Source of the DNA: a virus
Lineage: Duplodnaviria; Caudoviricetes
Reading direction: 5' to 3' (one strand)
Virus record (IMG/VR): IMGVR_UViG_3300030202_000362
Coordinates: 1 to 31,945 of that record
Length of the DNA: 31,945 nucleotides
In this document: in pieces, positions 1 to 5,279 of the stretch
Numbering within the stretch: the first letter of the stretch is position 1
How the letters are laid out: each line of letters starts with the position of its first letter
Made by a program: the position numbers and the translations under genes
Notes under the pieces: generated by a model
The model's database searches: none
Seen by the model: the letters and a program-made list of their open reading frames with translations, nothing else
What the model was told of the DNA's origin: nothing

Positions 1-132
1 TTGGTCCTGCACAGATGGCAAGCCCCCGTATAGATCATTGATGGCTTTCGTTAGTGCTTCGCGTAGCTTGTCCGCAATCTCAAAGTGCGTGTCAGTTACA
101 ATCGTCTGATTAGAATACATTCCTTTAACCAT
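1..132 (-). CDS. hypothetical protein, truncated by window edge (MVKGMYSNQTIVTDTHFEIADKLREALTKAINDLYGG...)
   Basis: Read by hand: ATG at 132, upstream AAGGA RBS (aacaaggaactagataccATG), 44 open codons running off the window; not in the ORF track. Confidence 0.7.
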   Translation of the reverse strand, partial: MVKGMYSNQTIVTDTHFEIADKLREALTKAINDLYGGLPSVQDQ

Positions 133-169
133 GGTATCTAGTTCCTTGTTAGAGGTTAGTAACAGGGAA

Positions 170-199
170 AGAATACAAGCGGTATTCCTCCCCTGTCAA
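170..199 (-). promoter_or_regulatory. sigma70-type promoter TTGACA-N18-TATTCT embedded in a hairpin
   Basis: -35 at 199-194, -10 at 175-170; points at the ORF starting at 132. Confidence 0.6.
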
Positions 200-203
200 G
201 CGT

Positions 204-848
204 TTAATGTTTAGGGTAGCTTACGAATTCAACTAGCGGGTCCCAACAAGCGCGACAGTCTCCACAGTTATTGTCATTATGTCTGGCGTAGCATTCAGAT
301 CCTAGCGGCGCTTGATCACTGGTGAATACTTGCGAGGTATTGGCAAAGCCCTTGGGCGCTGGTCCGTTTAACTTGCTGGCTGATACCCGTATGATAAGGT
401 TAGCTGGTACTTTCCCCTTGTAACGTGACACTATCCCACGCTCCTGCGTTGGGAGCCAGTGTTTAATATCAGGCGTGGCGCGTGCCACCTGACAGATTGC
501 GTCTAGCATTTCAACAGACTGGAGGTCGCCACTGTCAAACCACCTGTGATAGCTGTCGGTATTGTACCGGGTAATCTGCAGGACCATAGCAGCAATCCAA
601 GTTGCAATCCCTAGCTCGCTAGTGCTGGCTTGCCTCCACTTGTCAAGGTTAGCTTTCCAACCTTTGTCCACTGATGGCCTAAGCTTTTGAAGCTTGCGGG
701 CATAGCAGGTGTGACATGGCGTACCTTCTATCAGGGCAAGCTTGCTCCCAACTTGACAAGCAAAGGCGTCAATTGCGTAGGTGGTACCGGGCATCTTAGT
801 GTTACCCGTGGAAATGTTTCCGTAGGACTTAGCTTCTTTTACGAGCAT
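204..848 (-). CDS. GP88-family phage protein (Cys-rich, probably metal/Fe-S binding)
   Basis: Motifs KMPG, C-x13-CxxCYA, RWFDSGD, KHWLPTQE, IIRVSA, C-terminal CGDCRACW...VSYPKH typical of the GP88 family. Confidence 0.75.
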   Translation of the reverse strand: MLVKEAKSYGNISTGNTKMPGTTYAIDAFACQVGSKLALIEGTPCHTCYARKLQKLRPSVDKGWKANLDKWRQASTSELGIATWIAAMVLQITRYNTDSYHRWFDSGDLQSVEMLDAICQVARATPDIKHWLPTQERGIVSRYKGKVPANLIIRVSASKLNGPAPKGFANTSQVFTSDQAPLGSECYARHNDNNCGDCRACWDPLVEFVSYPKH

Positions 849-1126
849 TATATAGCTCCCATATCTGATAAGGTGGAAAAGTCAGCGTGTGACATGGACT
901 TGCCAGCATGTTGTGTTTTAAAACTGTTTAAGGCGTGCACAAGAAAAGCATAGTCACCGTAATCTATGACTTGTTTTGCCTCTTCATAGTGCTTGCCTTG
1001 GTCAAGTTCTGACTCTGAAAATAGAGCTTGCATTGCGCCTTCGTCCAGTTCATTAGCTACAAAACTGACAAATTCACCTAGGTCAATATCTTCAAATAGT
1101 TCGGAGTGAAACTCTATATTTGTCAT
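848..1126 (-). CDS. acidic hypothetical protein
   Basis: 92-aa ORF, AAGGA RBS, stop overlaps start of GP88-like gene, promoter just upstream. Confidence 0.75.
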   Translation of the reverse strand: MTNIEFHSELFEDIDLGEFVSFVANELDEGAMQALFSESELDQGKHYEEAKQVIDYGDYAFLVHALNSFKTQHAGKSMSHADFSTLSDMGAI

Positions 1127-1162
1127 GGCGCTGTCTTAGTCCTTAGTTGATACTATGAGGGG

Positions 1163-1192
1163 ATGGTAGGGGGAGGGGGTATACCCTGTCAA
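1163..1192 (-). promoter_or_regulatory. sigma70-type promoter TTGACA-N18-TACCAT
   Basis: -35 at 1192-1187, -10 at 1168-1163; shares cTTGACAggg with the promoter at 170-199; -35 lies in an 8-bp inverted repeat CCCTGTCA-N9-TGACAGGG. Confidence 0.7.
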
Positions 1193-1320
1193 GTGAAAAG
1201 TGACAGGGATAGTAATTTTATTTTGCCACTTGTATAAGAGAAAGAAAGAGTATTCTTATCTTTTTACTTATACAAGGGATATATGGGGGAAGGTATTGTA
1301 ATTTAAGGGAGAAATCCCTT

Positions 1321-1366
1321 GACCCATATGTTGTCCCTCAAGGAGTAGACACACCATATGTTGTGT
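1321..1366. promoter_or_regulatory. tandem NrdR-box-like sites
   Basis: gacccatatgttgtcc (1321-1336) and acaccatatgttgtgt (1351-1366); the second matches acaCwAtATaTwGtgt at 14/16; 30-bp spacing. Confidence 0.55.
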
Positions 1367-1379
1367 TCACGATTTGTTC
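1365..1379 (+). promoter_or_regulatory. alphaproteobacterial LexA (SOS) box
   Basis: GTTC-acgattt-GTTC, exact GTTC-N7-GTTC. Confidence 0.65.
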
Positions 1380-1381
1380 TA

Positions 1382-1464
1382 CTAACTATTGCAGTCATGT
1401 TCTATATATGTATATGTTTTGTTCTAACTATTGCAGTCATGGCAAGCTAACTATTGCAGTCATG
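1382..1464. repeat. three identical 18-bp direct repeats CTAACTATTGCAGTCATG
   Basis: Copies at 1382-1399, 1424-1441 and 1447-1464. Confidence 0.95.
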
Positions 1465-1472
1465 GTTTACTA

Positions 1473-1498
1473 GAATACAAGGAGAACAAAAGAGGAAC
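1473..1498 (-). promoter_or_regulatory. alphaproteobacterial LexA box with an extra degenerate half-site
   Basis: GAAT-N7-GAAC-aaaagag-GAAC; perfect box at 1484-1498. Confidence 0.65.
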
Positions 1499-1525
1499 AG
1501 GTTATTAGCCCGTTCCTTCCCTTTG

Positions 1526-1609
1526 TCATTGCGTAATTAGCATATGGATTATTGCGATCATGGCCAGACCATACATGGCGAGCCATATCATCACGACTAC
1601 TTGCTTCAA
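1526..1609 (-). CDS. 27-aa hydrophobic membrane peptide (MKQVVVMIWLAMYGLAMIAIIHMLITQ)
   Basis: TTG start with TAAGGTG RBS; one TM-like helix; not in the ORF track. Confidence 0.45.
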   Translation of the reverse strand: MKQVVVMIWLAMYGLAMIAIIHMLITQ

Positions 1610-1675
1610 TTGTCACCTTAAACGAATTGGGGAGACCTTTGCGCTGATCCCCCCGCCTCGCCCCTTCAAGCTGGT

Positions 1676-2101
1676 TTAAGCGGCGTTCTTATAGCGTTCT
1701 TGCCGCTCATATGGTGTCTCTTCTACTTCTGCTATGCTGTCAGTATCGGAAAAGACTAGCGTATCGTCTAAGCTACCGTTCTTTACTCGGTACTTAACAG
1801 CAAGCGACACGTAGGTATCGTTAGCTTGCTTGCTAATGAAGCGCCAGAAGCGATACTCCATAAGCGAAGCGATAGAGCCAGACCATTCGTCGTTACGCAT
1901 AATCACCTTGGCATCTTGCCAGAGTGTACGCTCAAAATGGCCTAGGTAGCCTTTAGGTATCCATCCTATTCTTATGGCTGTACTAAGAGCCAGTCGAATG
2001 CGCCAGTTACGATAACCATTAAGACCATCGCCCTTAACATCCGAGAACAGAATTGAACTAACCGACTTAACTGCGTGCTTGTAGATACGATGCTTAAGCA
2101 T
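1676..2101 (-). CDS. hypothetical protein, first gene of the leftward unit
   Basis: 141 aa, strong TAAGGAG RBS; no recognisable domain. Confidence 0.75.
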   Translation of the reverse strand: MLKHRIYKHAVKSVSSILFSDVKGDGLNGYRNWRIRLALSTAIRIGWIPKGYLGHFERTLWQDAKVIMRNDEWSGSIASLMEYRFWRFISKQANDTYVSLAVKYRVKNGSLDDTLVFSDTDSIAEVEETPYERQERYKNAA

Positions 2102-2216
2102 GGTATCAATCTCCTTAGTTTGTTTGAAGGTATATCGAACTTAAGGCCCATCCCTTTCGGGTGACCCCGCCAACCTAGTCTTTAACTACTAGGCGCCTGT
2201 TCGACAGCAATTACCT

Positions 2217-2232
2217 TGCACATGCCGTGCCA
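2217..2232 (-). promoter_or_regulatory. sigma54 (-24/-12) promoter TGGCACGgcatGTGCA
   Basis: GG-N10-GC spacing exact; TGGCACG -24 element is consensus; one mismatch in -12 (GTGCA vs TTGCA). Confidence 0.65.
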
Positions 2233-2250
2233 GTTTAGACAATGTAATGA

Positions 2251-2263
2251 TTTCAATGACTTA
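2251..2263. promoter_or_regulatory. IHF-like binding site TTTCAAtgacTTA
   Basis: One mismatch to WATCAA-N4-TTR; lies at about -45 to -57 of the sigma54 promoter. Confidence 0.55.
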
Positions 2264-2287
2264 GCATTTTAGCTATCTTGATTGGTA

Positions 2288-2354
2288 GGCAAATACTGCC
2301 GCTTTGCTCGGTAATTATTGCCTACTAGGTAAAATCTACCGGGCAATTATTGCC
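2288..2354. promoter_or_regulatory. four GGYA-N5-TRCC palindromes (enhancer/UAS-like)
   Basis: GGCAaatacTGCC 2288-2300, GGTAattatTGCC 2310-2322, GGTAaaatcTACC 2328-2340, GGCAattatTGCC 2342-2354. Confidence 0.7.
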
Positions 2355-2363
2355 TACATGCTT

Positions 2364-2378
2364 GTTCACCTTTTGTTC
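2364..2378 (+). promoter_or_regulatory. alphaproteobacterial LexA box
   Basis: GTTC-acctttt-GTTC. Confidence 0.65.
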
Positions 2379-2474
2379 TTAGGGGGGGTCCCAAAAAACC
2401 TAGAGGTTCTATATATATATTATGGTACCCCCACTAGCGGAGCAATTTTTATAAAATGGGATTCGGCGCGGGTC

Positions 2475-2574
2475 TTTATTAATAATATTAATATTAATCT
2501 ATTAAATATTTATATATATATATATATCTATATAATTTTTATTAATAACTTATTATATATCTATTATATATTTA
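2475..2574. other. 100-bp, 96% AT tract with (TA)n run
   Basis: Only 4 C and no G on the + strand; alternating TA at 2511-2527. Confidence 0.9.
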
Positions 2575-2649
2575 CCCCCGTCGCTTAAACAGCAGGTTAT
2601 CACGCTTTCCAAACCTTTGCAAGACCCTTCTTTTTGTGTTTCTTTCTCC

Positions 2650-2678
2650 TTGTGTTCCCCTCCGGGTCTATGTATAAT
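2650..2678 (+). promoter_or_regulatory. sigma70-type promoter of the morphogenesis unit, TTGTGT-N17-TATAAT
   Basis: Perfect -10 at 2673-2678, followed by AAGGAG RBS of terS; a degenerate LexA-like TTTC-N7-GTTC (2643-2657) overlaps the -35. Confidence 0.6.
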
Positions 2679-2706
2679 ATATTTATAAAAGAAGGAGTAC
2701 TCTATT

Positions 2707-3261
2707 TTGGAAGATACTGAGAAAGAAAAGCTCAAGGATCAGTACGACACACCAGGCAGTGCCAGGTCAGAAGACTATGGTCTAACCAGAAAACAAATAC
2801 GCTTTGCAGAGGAATACATAGCAACCAACGATGCCACCCACGCTCTGCTAGAAGCTGGGTATGCCCCTGTCAAGAAAGCTGACGGTGACCTAGACAAAAC
2901 GAGAACAGCAAGAAGAGCGCAACAGTACCTGGCAAACCCAAAGCTAAGAGCTTATATAGAAATACTCCGTGACGATGTAGTAGAGAAAGTTTCGTGGGAC
3001 GCGCAGAAAGTTCTAGACAAAATGTACCAGACTTATATGCGAGCCACAGAGGCAGAGGACTACACAAACGCCAATAGATCTCTGGAGAACATGGGCAAGC
3101 ACCTGGGCATGTTCATTGACAAGAAAGAAATCAAACAGAACACTCACTTTCACGGCGCTGACTCTACATTTACCGCTGACCTAGACGCAGATATCAAGAA
3201 CCTAGCGGCTATATCTGGGTACGACATGGGCTTAAAGGTGGTAGACGGTGGCAAAGAATAA
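2707..3261 (+). CDS. terS: terminase small subunit
   Basis: LTRKQIRFAEEY...ATHALLEAGY HTH, C-terminal LENMGKHLGMF; upstream of TerL; TTG start with AAGGAG. Confidence 0.85.
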   Translation: MEDTEKEKLKDQYDTPGSARSEDYGLTRKQIRFAEEYIATNDATHALLEAGYAPVKKADGDLDKTRTARRAQQYLANPKLRAYIEILRDDVVEKVSWDAQKVLDKMYQTYMRATEAEDYTNANRSLENMGKHLGMFIDKKEIKQNTHFHGADSTFTADLDADIKNLAAISGYDMGLKVVDGGKE

Positions 3262-3511
3262 AATGGTAGGTGTGAATCTTTCGCTCCCAGAGCAGATAGA
3301 CTCACTCCAAGATATGTTTACCAAGCTACAAACAGTTGCGTTCTCTTTTCCCATGAACGATCCAGAGAACGAAGACTTCAGGGTACAGAAACTCAGGCAT
3401 ATGTTTGCCCAAGTACTTCAGTTAATCTATCTCATGTCAGACGAGATGACAGAGTACTACGGAGAGAAGGGTGGCGATAGTTTAGAAAACCATGATAGAA
3501 CCTACCACTGA
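3248..3511 (+). CDS. hypothetical protein
   Basis: 87 aa, overlaps both terS and terL, fills the gap in the operon. Confidence 0.6.
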   Translation: MAKNKMVGVNLSLPEQIDSLQDMFTKLQTVAFSFPMNDPENEDFRVQKLRHMFAQVLQLIYLMSDEMTEYYGEKGGDSLENHDRTYH

Positions 3512-5024
3512 CGCTATCACTTCAAAAGAACAACTCAGGAACAATCTCTATCTCAAGGCAGTGAACAATGCCAGAATGGAGTTCTTCTCCTTTGTCAGGT
3601 TCATTGCACCGCAACTGGTCCCTGATTTTAAAGTAGGAAAACACATAGAGGTTCTCTCCAGTAAACTACAGACAGTGGTGGATTCACCTGATCCTCAGAG
3701 ACTTATGGTGTTCCTCCCCCCACGTTCCTCCAAGAGTCTGCTCTGTTCGCAGCTGTTCCCTGCGTGGTACATAGGAAACTTCCCTTCTCACGAAATAATG
3801 AGTATCTCTCACTCTGACCAGCTAGCCTCAGACTTCGGTAGAACTGTCAGGGATATCCTGAAGATGCCCCTGTACCAAGAGATCTTCCCCGGAGCCACGC
3901 TCAGAGAGGACGTAAGAGCAGCGGGTAAGTGGAAGACCAAGCAGAACGGTATCTACTACGCAGCAGGTGTACGCTCACAGATAGCTGGGCGCGGTGCACA
4001 CATTGCATTGATAGACGATGCCATGTCAGAGGAGGACGCTTTCTCAGAAGCAGGTCGTAGGTACATCAAGGAGTGGTACCCATCAGGTCTCAGGACACGC
4101 CTGATGCCCAACGGTTCTGTGATTATTATTAACACAAGGTACCACGAAGACGATCTCTGTGGCTGGCTCCTTGGTAACGAAACAGAAGATACAATACCGT
4201 GGGATGTTGTGTCCATACCTGCGTGGCTAGACGAGGAATCATCAAAGCTTCTTAATCTCCCAGAAGGTAGGTCCTATTTTCCTGAGTGGAAACCTGATGA
4301 GCTACTCAGGCTAGACGAGGCAGAGATTCGAGCCAACAACGGAGCCAAGTACTGGCAAGCACTCTATATGCAGAACCCTACACCTGACGAGGGATCTACT
4401 ATAAAAGCTGACTGGTTTAAAAACTGGACAGACGAAGAACCGCCAGAGTGTGACTTGATAATACAAACTTACGACACTGCCTTCTCCACCCGGAGCACAG
4501 CAGACTACTCAGTGATACAAACATGGGGTGTGTTCGACTACCCCTATACAGACTCAGTGGGTAGAGAATTTCTAGCGCCAAACCTTATTCTGCTAGGTAA
4601 TGTCAGAGAAAGATTAGAGTATCCAGAGCTACGCAGGACAGCGCAAGATCTCTACGACGAATACCAACCAGATGTGTGTATCATTGAGAAGAAAGCATCC
4701 GGGCAGAGCCTTATACAAGATATGCGAAGAGCAGGTCTTCCTGTGTTGGATTACCTCCCAGACCGTGATAAAGTGTCTAGAGTACACGTAATTACACCTT
4801 TACTAGAGGCTGGCCGAGTATGGCTCCCCAGAGGCAAAGAGTGGGCAGAAGATTTATATGCAGAGGCTATACAATTTCCTTTTGCCCGACATGATGATCA
4901 GGTAGATGCAATGGCAATGGCAGTACACTACCTCAAAGAGTCATGGCATTTATCTCACCCAGATGATCCTGAATACGAAGACGAAGAGAAGCCCAAGAAA
5001 AAAACTTACTGGAATTGGAACTAG
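3492..5024 (+). CDS. terL: terminase large subunit
   Basis: Walker A PPRSSKS, GRGA, Walker B IALIDD, nuclease QTYDTA...DYS and HDDQVDA. Confidence 0.95.
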   Translation: MIEPTTDAITSKEQLRNNLYLKAVNNARMEFFSFVRFIAPQLVPDFKVGKHIEVLSSKLQTVVDSPDPQRLMVFLPPRSSKSLLCSQLFPAWYIGNFPSHEIMSISHSDQLASDFGRTVRDILKMPLYQEIFPGATLREDVRAAGKWKTKQNGIYYAAGVRSQIAGRGAHIALIDDAMSEEDAFSEAGRRYIKEWYPSGLRTRLMPNGSVIIINTRYHEDDLCGWLLGNETEDTIPWDVVSIPAWLDEESSKLLNLPEGRSYFPEWKPDELLRLDEAEIRANNGAKYWQALYMQNPTPDEGSTIKADWFKNWTDEEPPECDLIIQTYDTAFSTRSTADYSVIQTWGVFDYPYTDSVGREFLAPNLILLGNVRERLEYPELRRTAQDLYDEYQPDVCIIEKKASGQSLIQDMRRAGLPVLDYLPDRDKVSRVHVITPLLEAGRVWLPRGKEWAEDLYAEAIQFPFARHDDQVDAMAMAVHYLKESWHLSHPDDPEYEDEEKPKKKTYWNWN

Positions 5025-5030
5025 ATGATC

Positions 5031-5276
5031 ATGGCGATATCCAGAGCAAGTATCCCCAGAGAACTTAAAGGAGGACGCAAGGTGACAAAGAAAAAGACTG
5101 GCGGCAAACTAGGGAGTGGCTCACGTTTTAAATCCCTCTCCTCCAAGATTCAAAAGAGCGGTAAAAATAAAAAAGATGCAGATGCCATAGCTGCCAGCAT
5201 AGGTAGGAAGAAGTACGGGAACACGACGATGGCAAAGCTCTCAGCCAAGGGTAGAAAGAAGAGGGGGAGGGGATAG
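5031..5276 (+). CDS. small Lys/Arg-rich protein with MCP-like N-terminus
   Basis: MAISRASIPREL...; AIAASIGRKKYG motif; alternative start at 5025. Confidence 0.75.
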   Translation: MAISRASIPRELKGGRKVTKKKTGGKLGSGSRFKSLSSKIQKSGKNKKDADAIAASIGRKKYGNTTMAKLSAKGRKKRGRG

Positions 5277-5279
5277 ACA

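Noticed and set aside
687-953. 88-aa + strand ORF
   Set aside because: Antisense to two well-supported genes
1382-1464. Possible mini-CRISPR array
   Set aside because: Repeat only 18 bp, spacers 24 and 5 bp, no cas genes
2133-2206. Hammerhead ribozyme or tRNA
   Set aside because: No CUGANGA core and no T-loop/D-loop or cloverleaf; no tRNA recognised anywhere in the window
2479-2505. CtrA boxes (TTAA-N7-TTAA) in the AT tract
   Set aside because: TTAA copies at 2479, 2488, 2494 and 2502 are never 11 bp apart
2304-2588. 94-aa + strand ORF (and 2553-2735 - strand ORF)
   Set aside because: Translation of regulatory repeats and the AT tract (IYIYIY); no RBS
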